Shown one piece after another: positions 26,291 to 38,637 of a stretch of DNA of 64,000 bases. The notes under the pieces are model-generated. The model made no database searches. It worked only from the letters and a program-made list of their open reading frames with translations, and was not told the DNA's origin. Source of the DNA: Eledone cirrhosa (lineage: Eukaryota); contig OZ024757.1 in NCBI GenBank assembly GCA_964016885.1, positions 15,624,001 through 15,688,000 of the forward strand, given 5' to 3'. Numbering within the stretch: position 1 is the first letter of the stretch; every line of letters starts with the position of its first letter. A program made the position numbers and the translations under genes.

Positions 26291-26569
26291 ATATATATAT
26301 ATAGGACTGGTTGAGTCATAGATGCACTGTAGAGACATACTGCATGTTTTGGTTACTTTAAACCTGGTGGAGCCAATCCCCTCTCCAAGCCTGAATGCAA
26401 CCAATTTCTTCCAAACAAGGAGAGAGAGGGGGGGGGGGAGAAGTGAGAGAGAGAAGTGAGAGAGAGAGAGAGAAGTGAGAGAGAGAAGAGAGAGAGAGAG
26501 AAGTGAGAAAGAGAGATAGATATAATAGAATTAGTATTTAGCTTTGAGGAGCAGAGCTGTATACAGATA

Positions 26570-26860
26570 TGTATTGGAATGTTGTATTTCTAAAGAAATA
26601 TGGTATATTTATAAATAAACATTTAGAAAGCTGTAGCTATGTAAAAACACTAGTGGCTATCGCCACCTGGTGGTGTCCAGCAGAAGCAAGGGAGGACAAT
26701 CGTCGATACGCATTTCGAACTGATCGGTTCTCGTCAGAACGATCATCCCTCCCCCTTGCTTCTGCTTGACACCACAAGGTGGTGACAGCTGCTGGTGTTT
26801 TTGCATAGCTATGTCTTTCTAAATGTTTATTTATAAATAGAAATACGAAATTCCAATACA
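26570..26860. mobile_element. Family H fold-back with ~120-135 bp arms and a hammerhead as the loop
   Basis: Arms 26570-26704 and 26738-26860 are imperfect reverse complements. Confidence 0.85.
26699..26743 (-). ncRNA. Intact type I hammerhead ribozyme
   Basis: AUCGUU-CUGACGA-GAAC(CGAUCA)GUUC-GAAA-UGCGUA-UC/GACGAU; all core bases present, G10.1-C11.1 pair, AUC cleavage triplet. Confidence 0.9.
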
Positions 26861-27000
26861 CATATATATGAAAACAGTCAGGACTCTGATGGCTGAGCTC
26901 TGGCCATTTTGACAGCTAGATCTGAACTGTTGGCAAATTTCAGGAAGCATGGAAGTTTTAAAGAATGCAGTGTCTCTGCAAATAGAGATAATCTAAAGTA

Positions 27001-27195
27001 TGGTGGATTGGCAGTATCGGTAGAGGGTCGGACGCCATGCTTTCCAGCATAGTTACGTCCCTTTATGATCTGAGTTCAAATCCCGCTGAGGTTGACTTTG
27101 CCTTTCATCCTCACGGGGTCGATAAAATAAAGTACCAGTAATGCACTGGGTAATTGCTGGCCTTGTGCCTAAAGTAGAAACAATTATTATTATTA
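27001..27195 (+). mobile_element. SINE-B
   Basis: Near full-length copy with a (TTA)n tail. Confidence 0.85.
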
Positions 27196-27239
27196 TCACA
27201 ACCTGCCCGTCCCCTCAATCTATCTTATTTCTCATTCTT

Positions 27240-27275
27240 TCTTCTGATGAAGGACAAGCATCCGAAACGTTAAGA
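27240..27275 (+). ncRNA. Minimal type I hammerhead (family J; downstream tail also at 35151-35232 on -)
   Basis: UCUU-CUGAUGA-A-GGA(CAAGCA)UCC-GAAA-CG-UU/AAGA; palindromic ACGU stem III as in Penelope-type minimal hammerheads. Confidence 0.75.
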
Positions 27276-27380
27276 CCCTCTTCCTGCTATATCAAGCATT
27301 AATCTAATATATCCTTTCCATATACTGTATCGATTGTGTTGTTATTTATGTTTACCTTTTACATATAAATATATATATAT

Positions 27381-27655
27381 ATAGTGAAAAGATAACAAGG
27401 ACGATTGGTTACTCCTTCATTACATTTATCGGTTGGTGACGCGCGTTTCGCCACTGATCATCTCAAGGTTCGATCTGTATCGATCTTACCCGACTCTGTA
27501 ATCCACGGCTCGTCGGATCCCTAAGGAGTAACCAATGGTCCTTGTTATCTTATTTCACTATAATACACTCTGTCTAGCTCTACACCTCGACACTGAAGAG
27601 AACCTAAACATCGAGTGCTCACCCGGGTGAACCTACAAGTTACACTCCCTGGATA
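27381..27655. mobile_element. Family I fold-back with a degenerate long-stem-II hammerhead at 27435-27520 (-)
   Basis: Arms ~27381-27418 and 27523-27562; minus strand CCGACGA-GCC...GGC-GAAAC-GCGC-GUC; plus arm continues into a tail ending at (TA)n. Confidence 0.7.
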
Positions 27656-27665
27656 TATATATATA

Positions 27666-28260
27666 TGTATAACAAAGTGCAGGGCAATAAAGATAGATGG
27701 TAGCCACAGTGTATAACAAAGTGCAGGGCAATAAAGATAGATGGTAGCCACGGAGTAGGCAGACCCAGGAAAACCTGGGACGAGCTGATAAATTCCGACC
27801 TCACACACTTACACCTCTCCAAGACAATGTCACTGGACCGAGACCTTTGGCGGTACTCAGTAACAGAGAAGACACGCCTTACCTAAATACAAAGTAAAAC
27901 CTACTAGTCAGTAGGCATCTCTAACAAAATACACCCCCGTCCCACCCCATCCACACCGCCCCCTTCAATGCAAAGTTATGTTGGTGCCACAACATCCAGG
28001 CCGAAACAAACGAGATCGTGTAGGTGTCATGACAAAAAAACACACAGTCCACGCTGTAATGTGACCGTGTAGGCAACACGGTAAAAACCTCCCAGTCCCA
28101 CACTGTAAATGTGGTTGGTGTTAGGAAGGGCATCCAGCTGTAGAAAACCCGCCAGACAGTCCTATGCGAGCAAGACAACCACTCTTGCCTCAAGTGGGAA
28201 AACCCCCGTCCAAACCCATGCAAGCGTGGAACAGGGACGTTAAACGATGATGATGATGAT
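27666..28260 (+). mobile_element. RTE-C LINE 3' end (ORF2 C-terminus plus ~370-bp 3' UTR)
   Basis: Translates CITKCRAIKIDGSHGVGRPRKTWDELINSDLTHLHLSKTMSLDRDLWRYSVTEKTRLT*, which is not in the ORF track; 44-bp duplication at the 5' junction; (ATG)n tail. Confidence 0.9.
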
Positions 28261-28432
28261 ATATATACACACAGATATATAATCATCATCATTTTACATC
28301 TGTTTTCCATAGTGTGATGGTTTAGATGGGTTGTTAATGTCTAAGATTGGATGAAGTTGGGAAGACCACATTTTTCACCTACATTTAAACATCGAGTGCT
28401 CACCCGGGTGAACCTACAAGTTACACTCCCTG

Positions 28433-28464
<32 letters not shown>

Positions 28465-28622
28465 GATATATAATCATCATCATTTTACATCTGTTTTCCA
28501 TAGTGTGATGGTTTAGATGGGTTGTTAATGTCTAAGATTGGATGAAGTTGGGAAGACCACATTTTTCACCTACATTTAAACATCGAGTGCTCACCCGGGT
28601 GAACCTACAAGTTACACTCCCT

Positions 28623-28659
<37 letters not shown>

Positions 28660-28770
28660 GATATATAATCATCATCATTTTACATCTGTTTTCCATAGTG
28701 TGATGGTTTAGATGGGTTGTTAATGTCTAAGATTGGATGAAGTTGGGAGGACCACATTTTTCACCTACAT
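28260..28770. repeat. ~190-bp local triplication (first unit interrupted by the RTE-C insertion)
   Basis: TAAACATCGAGTGCTCACCCGGG at ~27605, ~28386 and ~28577. Confidence 0.9.
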
Positions 28771-28879
28771 TTCATTGTTGTCAGGATTTCTACAGCGGAT
28801 GCATCGCCCATCAATGTCAACCATATGACAGTTTTATATACAGGAGCTCATTGTCAGAGCAGAATAAGGTAAGTTTCCA

Positions 28880-30265
28880 TGAGAGAGAGAGAGAGAGAGA
28901 GAGAAGGACGGAGGGAGGAGATGAGAGAGAGCGACGGAGGCAGGGAATGAGAGAGAGTGAGAGTGAACGAGAGCGACGGAGGGAGGGAATGAGAGAGAGT
29001 GGGAGTGAGAGAGAGTGAGAGTGAAAGAGAGCGGCGGAGGGAGGGAATGAGAGAGAGTGAGAGTGAAAGAGAGCGACGGAGGGAGGGAATGAGAGAGAGT
29101 GAGAGAAAGAGAGAGAAAGGAGAGAAAGAGAAAAGATAAAGAAAGAGATATCGAGATAGTGAGAGAAAAGAGAAAGTGAAAAAGAGAGAGAGAGAGAGAA
29201 GGGAGAAAGAGAGAGAAAAAGACAGAGAGGGAAAAAGGTAGAGAGAGATAGAGAGAGAAAAGTGAGAGAGAAAAGAAAGAGAGAAAAGAAAGAGAGAAAA
29301 GAAAGAGAGAAAAATAGAAGAAAAATAGAGTGTGGGAGAGAGAAGAGGGAGGGAGAGAGAGAGAAAGAGGGAGAGAGAGAGAAAGAGGGAGAGAGAGAGA
29401 GGGAGAGAGAGAGGGAGAGAGAGAGAGAGGGGGAGAGAGAGAGGGAGAGAGAGAGAGAGAGGGAGAGAGAGAGAAAGAGGGAGAGAGAGAGGAAAATAAA
29501 AGAGATTGGGAATGATATATTGACTGTCGGGAGATTCAGTTAACATTTACATTTGAAAACAGAAGACAGTGTAGATAGGACCACCACCAACACCACCACC
29601 ACCACCACTACATCATCATCACTACATCACCATCATCATCACCACTACATCACCATCATCATCCCTACATCACCATCACCACCACCACCACCATCACAAT
29701 CACCATCACCATCGTCCTCCTCATCATCGTCACCATCACCATCACCATCACCACCACCACCACCACCCTATCATCACCACCACCATCATCATCATCATCA
29801 TCATCACCACCACCATCCTCACCACCACCACCATCATCATCATCCTCACCAACATCATTATTCTCACCATCCCCCCCACCACCACCATCATCATCACCAC
29901 CACCACCACCACCACTACCACCATCATCATCACTACATCACCATCACCACCACCACCACCACCACCATCACAATCACCCTCCTCATCATCATCGTCATCA
30001 TCACCATCACCACCATGATCACCATCATCACCACCATCATCATCATCATCACCACCACCATCCTCCCCACCACCATCCTCACCACCACCACCATCATCCT
30101 CACCAACATCATTATCCTCACCATCCCCACCACCACCACCATCATCATCACCACCACCCCATCATCGCCACCACCACCACCACCACCACTACCACCATCA
30201 TCATCACCACCATCATCACCACCACTACCACCATCATCATCATCACCACCACCACCACCTCAACC
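28880..30265. repeat. (GA)n and (CAC/CAT)n low-complexity tracts
   Basis: Visible directly in the sequence. Confidence 0.9.
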
Positions 30266-30534
30266 ACCGTTTAGCGTGCATTTTTTTTCCCAAGCTAGCA
30301 TGGGTTAGAAGTAAAATGGTAGATGTGAACTGAAGTGACATCTGGGAAACAGAGATATCTTTACCAATGTGTAATTGTCTCTAATTTAGCTTGGCCAGTT
30401 GTGTTAATGAAAGTAATTAGTCTTAAGAGTAAGACAGGCAGGAACAAATATCAGTAATTTAGTTTTCATAACATTGTTGGCAAACCATAATATTGCTTTT
30501 TGTTGTATTGTTATTATTATTACTATTATTATTA

Positions 30535-31010
30535 CTGTCTGGTGGCCATGGCGAAAGAGATAGTATGGTGGACACGTTTGAAAGGGCTGAAGACGAGCAC
30601 TTACCTCTTCGGTGATGCCCTGATTAACTTTTTCAAATTTCATTTGAAAAGGAAAATCAGGGTAGAGAGGGAAATGCTCTCTTCCCAGCATTTTGTTGAA
30701 AGATGGGTGAGAGAAGCAAGTATGGCCCGAATGAATGGGCCTTCTCTGAGTATGTGTCTGTAAATTAAGGGTGGAAAACTGGGAGAGGGCACTTGCCCTG
30801 GTGGTCAGGGTCACTGTGGTCTTTTAATGGGCTTTCTCCACAAATGTCCCTCGGAAGTCTCCCCCCTATTGGGGAATTTTTCTTTGTTATTTTATTTCAT
30901 CCTCTGTTTTTTTTTTTACACGCAGAAATGCCCATTTGTACCGTCCTGTATTGTCCTGTACTGTCCTTAATGTCTACTTTATGTAAACCCTTGTGGTTAA
31001 TAAAGAAAAC
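30535..31010 (+). mobile_element. Tx1/L1-like LINE 3' end
   Basis: LVAMAKEIVWWTR...FFKFHLKRKIRVER....HFVERW resembles an L1/Tx1 ORF2 C-terminus; 3' UTR ends in AATAAAGAAA; flanked by (TTA)n on both sides. Confidence 0.7.
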
Positions 31011-31210
31011 ATTATTATTATTATTACTATTATTATTACTATTATTATTATTATTATTATTAGTATTATGGCAGTGTTTGTTTTGTTTTTGACAAGCCAG
31101 ACAAGAATCAATACCACAGCATGTGGTAGTTATAGGTAGAAGTTAACAGAGGAGAAGAAAAAATGACTTGTAACTCTTAATGTCCTGTACCACATGAAAC
31201 CACATTATTA

Positions 31211-31718
31211 GGGCGGTGGATTGGCAGTATCGGTAGAGGGTCTGACGCCGTGCTTTGCGGCATAGAGTTACGGCCCTTTATGATCTGAGTTCAAATCCCA
31301 TCAAGATTAACTTTGCCTTTCATCCTTACAGGGTTGATGAAATATAATTGTTTCTACTTTAGGCACAAGGCCAGCAATTACCCAGTGCATTACTGGTACT
31401 TTATTTTATCGACCCCGTAAGGATGAAAGGTAAAGTCAACCTCGGCGGGCGATGAAATATAATACCAGTAATACACTAGGGTAAATGCTGGCCTTGTGCC
31501 AAAAGTAGAAACAATTATTAGCAGGGCTGTGAATTAGCAGTATTGGTAGAGGGCCTGACGCCATGCTTTGCAGCATAGAGTTATGGCCCTTTATGATCTG
31601 AGTTCAAATCCTGCCGAGGTTAATTTTGCCTTTCATCCTTACGGGGTTGATAGAATAAAGTACCAGTAATGCACTGGAGTAATTGCTGGCCTTGTGCCAA
31701 AAAGTAGAAACAATTATT
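31211..31718 (+). mobile_element. Two tandem SINE-B copies; the first contains a nested antisense SINE-B (31349-31450)
   Basis: 13-bp TSD GATGAAATATAAT at 31336-31348 and 31451-31463. Confidence 0.85.
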
Positions 31719-31759
31719 AGCAAGAGATAGTTGGAAAGTATAAAACAGCACTGTGACTG

Positions 31760-32115
31760 AATGACATTAAAAATCGAAATTGTTACTGTAGTACATGTCC
31801 CCTGGTATTTGAGGGGGTTAAGTTCCTAGAGTACCAGCAAAGCATAAAAAACCATGTATATTTTGTGGTCCATAACACTGACAGTATGACATTAAAAATT
31901 GAAATTGTTACTGTAGTACATGTCCCCTGGTATTTGAGGGGGCTAAGTTCCTAGAGTACCAGCAAAGCATAAAAAACCATGTATATTTTGTGGTCCATAA
32001 CACTGACAGTATGACATTAAAAATTGAACTTGTTACTGTACAGTTGTCCCCTAGTATTCGTACGGGTTATGTGACTAGAGTAAAAAACCGCAAATATTGA
32101 ACGTGGTCCATAAAA
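31760..32115. repeat. ~125-bp tandem repeat, about 3 copies, inside a longer AT-rich repeat (to ~33650; also 8810-9260 and 42110-42380)
   Basis: ATGACATTAAAAAT.GAA.TTGTTACTGTA recurs three times. Confidence 0.75.
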
Positions 32116-32904
32116 ATGCCTATAAACATGAAAATTAATGTAAAATATAATAAAAAAAGAGGGAGTGTCTTATGTGAAGGGGCATCCAATAGGCCAGCAA
32201 ATACAGTATATTGTTATTAATAATTTAGCGTTAAAAAATATATATATTGACACAAAAACAGCCATAAAAAATCACGAAAGATATTCACAATACTGCGAAT
32301 ATGTGGTGGTTTCCACGACCTATTATTAGTTAGGTTATAAAGAAAATTCTGCAAATAACCTGGACTGCCAATGTCAAGGGTACATGTCCACATGCCACAT
32401 GAAACCTTATTAGCAAGACATTGTTGAAAAGTATAAAATAGCACTATGATTGCATTACATTAAAATTCTTTACTCTAGTATTGTAAACTCTCACAATTAT
32501 TTGTTTGCTAGTACAGATACTATAAATATTTGAATAAACAAACCATATAAAACTGCATTAACAAGACATTCTTGAAAAGAATTTAACAGTACTACGATTG
32601 TATTACATTGAAAATTGAACTTGTTACTATAATACTGCAAATTTTCACAGCAATTTGTCCACACACTACATGAAACCAAATTAGCAAGACATTGTTGAAA
32701 GGTATAAAACTTTCCAACAATGTCTTCCTAATATAGTTTGTCCACAAACTACATAAAACCCATTTATCATCATCATCATCTTCGTTTAACGTCCATCTTC
32801 CATGCTAGCATGGGTTAGATGGTTAATATTGCAAACTTCCACAATGACTGTTTACAAGTACAGATACTATAAATATTTGAATTAACAAACCACACAAAAC
32901 TATA

Positions 32905-33128
32905 TTAACCCTTTAGCATTTAAACCGGCCATATCCGGCCAGAATTCTCTCACCTCTTTCTTTTCAAACCAACTGTAACCAACCGCTCATACTGATGTTA
33001 AGGTGGTGCTCTCAAAATAAATATCGAAATCTCATAGATTCGATATTATGAGAGAATTATGTGAGGTAAAGCCTTTACCGTGAAAATATAATAGTATATA
33101 TAGAGTAATGTGAATGCTAAAGGGTTAA
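32905..33128 (+). mobile_element. piggyBac-like MITE with a TTAA target duplication
   Basis: TTAA-CCCTTTAGCATT...AATGCTAAAGGG-TTAA; copies at 33676-33902, 54632-54844 and 7822-8080. Confidence 0.85.
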
Positions 33129-33267
33129 CAAAAAAAGCACTATGACTGTATGACATTGAAAATTGTTAATGCAATATTGCAAATTTTCACAATTTCTCCA
33201 CATTAGTAGGACATTTTTCAAAAGTACAACACAGCTCTATGACTGAATCACATTAAATATTAAATAT

Positions 33268-33453
33268 TTGTTTCTACTTTTGGCACAAGGCCAGCAATTA
33301 TCCCAGTGCATTACTGGTACTTTATTTTATCGACCCCATAAGGATGAAAGGCAAAGTTAACCTTAGCGGGATTTGAACTCAGAATGGCAAGGGCCGTAAC
33401 TCTATGCGTCAAAGCATGGTGTTCGACCCTCTACCGATACTGCCAATCCACCG
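33268..33453 (-). mobile_element. SINE-B
   Basis: Same family as 8279-8470. Confidence 0.85.
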
Positions 33454-33675
33454 TAATTAAATATTAAATATTGATGTCATGCTAGCATGGTCTAATTCAA
33501 ATGTTCATAGTATCTTTACAAATGTACAGATCATTATGGAAACTTGCAGTATTACAGTAAAGTCTGCTATAATACTGCAAATTGTGTCAAAAGTGTGTCC
33601 AGTAGTAACGATACTATAAACATTTGAATTAACAAAGCCATATTTAGATATATTCTACTAAATCTTTACAGGATA

Positions 33676-33902
33676 TTAACCCTTTAGCATTAACATTACT
33701 CTATATTTACTATTATATTTTCATGGTAAAGGCTTTACCTCACATAATTATCTCCTATAATATCGAATCTATGAGATTTTGAAAGTATTTATTTTGAGAA
33801 CAATACCTTAATATCAGTTTGAGCGACCAGTTACAGCCAGTTTCAAAGAAAGAGGTAGAGAATTCTGGCCGGTTTTGGCCGGTTTGAACATTAAAGGGTC
33901 AA
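33676..33902 (-). mobile_element. piggyBac-like TTAA MITE
   Basis: Reverse copy of 32905-33128. Confidence 0.75.
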
Positions 33903-34477
33903 ATGTTAAGTAAGTGTCTTCCTGATATATAGAACCAGTTACAATGTCATAGAAATAGATGCAATGTAGAGCTTTCTGAAGCACACACATACAAATGTAT
34001 GCAAACTTCAACAAGATCTCAGACCTCATTCGCTTACTGAGTGAGGTGGAACTTTGTCAAATTGGACCAATGAAACAATGTTTCCATTGGTCTTTCTATT
34101 CCTGATACTATCTGGCAGAAAGAGCAACATAAAGTAAAGTGTATTGTTCAAAGACACAAGGCATTGCCCAGTCCAGCAATCAAACTCACAATCTCGCAAC
34201 AGCGAATAAAATTCTCTAATAACTAAACCACATGCCTTCCCTATCTTTTTTCGCATCACCAGTCTAAGGAGCAGAACGATACAGGAGTCGGGTCCATTAA
34301 CCCTGTGGGTCACCTTGAGCCAATCCTCTGCAAAACACGCGTAACAGGTCAATACGCCATAGATATTTTTCATATGTAAACAAAATTTCCTCATTTTTTT
34401 CTATTATATACACTCTGCCTGTGCATAGAGTGCTTCATTTGGTACCAACACCAATATTTCATCATACTATATATATA

Positions 34478-34684
34478 TCATCATCATCATCATCATCATC
34501 ATCAACGTTTAACGTCCGTGTTCCACGCTTGCATGGGTTTGGACGGGGGTAGTCCCACTTGAGGCAAGAGTGATTGTCTTGCTCGCATAGGACTGTCTGG
34601 CAGGTTTTCTACAGTTGGATGCCCTTCCTAACACCAACCACATTTACAGTGTGGGTCTGGGAGGTTTTTACCGTGTTGCCTACA
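34478..34684 (-). mobile_element. RTE-C 3'-UTR fragment
   Basis: Matches 28070-28260. Confidence 0.8.
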
Positions 34685-34690
34685 TAAGTG

Positions 34691-35138
34691 AGAATATTTT
34701 CGAAACAGCAAGCGGGTTTGAAATTATTATAAATGTAAGCTACCGCCGCATTTTGACTAAAGAAATTAAAGAAATTATTTAGCCTGATAGTGGGGTTAAG
34801 AACCCTCGGAGAAATGGAAAAAGATGAGTATTGACGTACATGGGAGTCGAAGCCACATCTTTGGTTATCCAGACCACTGTGCTACCATTTACACCAACAC
34901 ATCACCCGTCTTTTTCCATTCAAATTAGAAGCTATAAACTTAGTGACTCTAATGTCAAGTAAGAATATTTTCGAAACAGCGAGTTGATTTGAAATTATTA
35001 GAAATGTTAGCTATCGCCGTATTTTGACTAAAGAAATTAAAGAAATTATTTAGCCTGCGGGTTCTTAACCCCACTATCAGGCTAAATAATTTCTTTCATT
35101 TCTTTAGTCAAAATACGGCGATAGCTTACATTTATAAT
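34691..35138 (-). mobile_element. Family F element: partial tandem (271-bp period), inverted terminal copy and internal tRNA-like cloverleaf
   Basis: Direct repeats 34691-34786 and 34962-35057; inverted copy 35059-35138 ending at (TA)n. Confidence 0.75.
34832..34903 (-). pseudogene. tRNA-like cloverleaf (non-canonical, probably a Pol III promoter module)
   Basis: GATGTGT-TG-GTGT(AAATGGTA)GCAC-A-GTGGT(CTGGATA)ACCAA-AGAT-GTGGC(TTCGACT)CCCAT-GTACGTC-A. Confidence 0.7.
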
Positions 35139-35655
35139 ATATATATATATAAAAGGTAAACAGAAATAAAAAAACAATTGGTACAGTATATGGAAGGGAT
35201 ATATTAGGTTAACGCTTGATATAGCAGGAAGATCATCATCATCATCATCTTCGTTTAACATCCATTTTCCACGCTACCATGGGTTAGACGGCATTTGATA
35301 TATATATATATATATATAATCTGTTATTTTAATAAATATATATATATAAATATGTATATATAAATATATATATATAATATATACACCCTTTTATATACAT
35401 ATTTACGAATGTTGTGTGAAGGAAGAAAATAAATGTCTCCCTATATAATTATATTGTTTTCGATAGTTTTCTTTTTTTGGGGGGAGGGAGGTTGCTTTTA
35501 AAGAAAACAAACAACTGAAACTAATTTATAAGCTGATTCCGATATTATGGACCAGTGGTCAAAATGTCTCAGGAAAGAAATACTGGACAGATTTTATGGG
35601 TAAAACTGACCAGCAGGGAGACCCAGGAGCAGACACTGAGCAAGATGTTTTGTAT

Positions 35656-36059
35656 AATTGTTTCTACTATTGGCACAAGGCCAGCAATTACCCAGTACAT
35701 TACTGGTACTTTATTTTATCGACCCCGTAAGGATGAAAGGCAAAGTTAACCTCGGCGGGATTTGAACTCAGATCGTAAAGGGACGTAACTATGCTGGAAA
35801 GCATGGCGTCCGACTCTCTCCCTCAATACACACCTTACATTTAAATGTAGCTGCCACATTATTTTAAAATCTTCTCATACCACTGCATATCTTATATTTA
35901 AGGGAGTTTGCTCCAACACCCTTCCTGCACACAACAACTTCTAATAATTGTTTCTACTTTAGGCACAAGGCCAGCAATTATCCAGTGCATTACTGGTACT
36001 TTATTTTATCGACCCCGTAAGGATGAAAGGCAAAGTTAACCTCGGCGGGATTTGAACTA
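35656..36059 (-). mobile_element. Two SINE-B copies (35656-35820 and 35946-36059)
   Basis: Same family as 8279-8470, both 5'-truncated. Confidence 0.8.
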
Positions 36060-36279
36060 TCCATGAGCTAGGCTGGTCTCGTTTGGGGATCTAGCTGGAT
36101 TAATTTGAGATGGTTTTTTTTTTCTGACCCACTGGAAGAAGTGTTTGAGGACTCTGCCCCCATGACATACTCAGGAGAATAAGTGGGCGAAGACAAATGA
36201 GATGAATGAGAAGGAGGAGGAGGAGGGGGGGAGGTAATTATGAGAGCGTGTTTCATGAATTAGGTTAGCTGCAGCATTG

Positions 36280-36333
36280 TAAGAGAGAGAGAGTCTGAGA
36301 GAGAGAGAGAGAGACAGAGAGAGAGAGACTGAG

Positions 36334-36366
<33 letters not shown>

Positions 36367-36483
36367 CAGAGAGAGAGACTGAGAGAGAGACAGAGAGAGA
36401 GAGAGAGAAAGAGACAGAGAGAGAGACTGAGAGAGACAGAGACAGAGAGAGACAGAGAGAGAGAGAGAGACGGAGAGAGAGAC

Positions 36484-36518
<35 letters not shown>

Positions 36519-38160
36519 AAGAGAGAGAGAGAAAGAAAGAGAGAGAAAGAAAGAGAGTGAGAGTGCAATGAGAAAGTGCACAAGTTGCCTGGATCGCTGT
36601 TAGTTGCACATTGGTAAGTAGTGATTGTAACAACAACCACAACAACAGCAGCAGCAGGAACAACAATGACAACAACAAAATCATCATCAGCAGCAGCAGC
36701 AGTAGTAAAAACGACAGTAGTAACAGCAGCAAAATCAACAATAACAACAAAAACAGCCTGCAGATATTTCTGTTTTGTTACACCACAGTGCTGCTGCCGT
36801 CTTTTTCTCCTCCTACTTCTTCGCCATATAACACTTGCTGCACTTGCAGTATCTATCTATTGATACACATGCACACACACAAGCACACATACACATGCAC
36901 TCACACATGCACAAACATATATACAGACATGCACACACACACACACATGCCCCCACACACACAAATACTTATACAGACACACACATGGACACACACACAA
37001 ACACATATACAGACATGTACTCACACACAACACATATACAGACACATATATACACACACATGCCCACACACACAAACACATATACACACATGCACACTTA
37101 TACAGACACACACACACATGTACTCATATACACATACACACACACAAACATATATACAGACATATACACGCACATGCCCACACAAACACTTATACAGACA
37201 CACACACAAACACATATACAGACATGTACATATATATACATTACAAGACACACATACAACAAACACATATACACACATACATGCACATAAACACATATAC
37301 ACACACACATTACTTACATATACACATATACCAACACACACATACACTTACAAGTAACGCCTACACACACATACATGCACACAAACACACACACACATGT
37401 ACATACATATACACACACATGTACATACATATATACCCACACATACACATACATATATACCCACACATACATGCACACAGACACATATATACACACATAT
37501 ATATACATACATATACACACATACACAAAAACACACACATACACATGTACACACACACACATACACACAACAACACATACAAACACACAACAACAACACA
37601 TACATACACACAACAACACATGCACACAACACACACATACACACAACAACACATACATACACACAACAACACATGCACACAACACACACATACACACAAC
37701 AACAACACATACATACACACAACAATAACACATACATACACACAACAACACATGCACACAACACACACATACACAACAACAACACATACAACACACAACA
37801 ACAACAACACATACATACACACAACAACACATACACACACAACAACACATACACACACAACAACAACAACACATACAAACACACAACAACAACAACAACA
37901 CACAAGAGATGCAGATAGAGATGCAGTGATGGCAGTGGTAGCATGTTGACGGTGCAGTGAGCTCAACTGCAACTACAACAGTTGCAGCTACACACTGCAA
38001 GCAAGCAACCAGCGTCTCTGACATATTCAAACAATTGCAATAATAATTCTAATATAGCTTGCTTTTCTAGAATTCTATCGATGCCACCAACACCACAAAT
38101 TACTACCACCACCACTACTACTACTACTATTACTACTACTACAGCTACTACTACTACTAG

Positions 38161-38192
<32 letters not shown>

Positions 38193-38409
38193 TGACGACT
38201 ACTACCACCACTACTAGTGCAAAAGCTACTACTACAACTAGTACTACTACCACCACCACAAACACCACCACTACACTACTACTACTATAGTGGTGATTGT
38301 GTCAACAGTAGTAGTAGTAGTAGTAGTAGCAGTAGTAGTAATGGCAGTGGTGGCAGCAGCAGTAGTAGTAGTAGTGGCAGCAGTATTAGTAGTAGTAATG
38401 GCAGTGGTG

Positions 38410-38440
<31 letters not shown>

Positions 38441-38470
38441 TAGTAGTAGTATAAGTAACAGTATCAGCAG
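36280..38470. repeat. Compound (GA)n, (CAA/CAG)n, (CA)n and (CTA)/(TAG)n low-complexity region
   Basis: Visible directly in the sequence. Confidence 0.9.
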
Positions 38471-38605
38471 CATATTGTCATTGCTCTCCTCTAGTCATGC
38501 TACACTACTGAGACAACTGTTGTACTAGTTCCTGCTTCAGAATTATGTCTATTCATATAAGAATATTAAAATCATTATCTACATATATATATATATATAT
38601 ATGTG

Positions 38606-38606
<1 letters not shown>

Positions 38607-38637
<31 letters not shown>

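Noticed and set aside
34832-34903. Functional tRNA-Ser(GGA) gene
   Set aside because: No long variable arm, a C-C mismatch closing the T loop, a G-A mismatch in the anticodon stem, and it is embedded in a repeat element.
36560-36660. Possible first exon ending at TTG|GTAAGT after a (GA)n tract
   Set aside because: Only a donor-like 9-mer with no independent support; the ORFs nearby are low-complexity.
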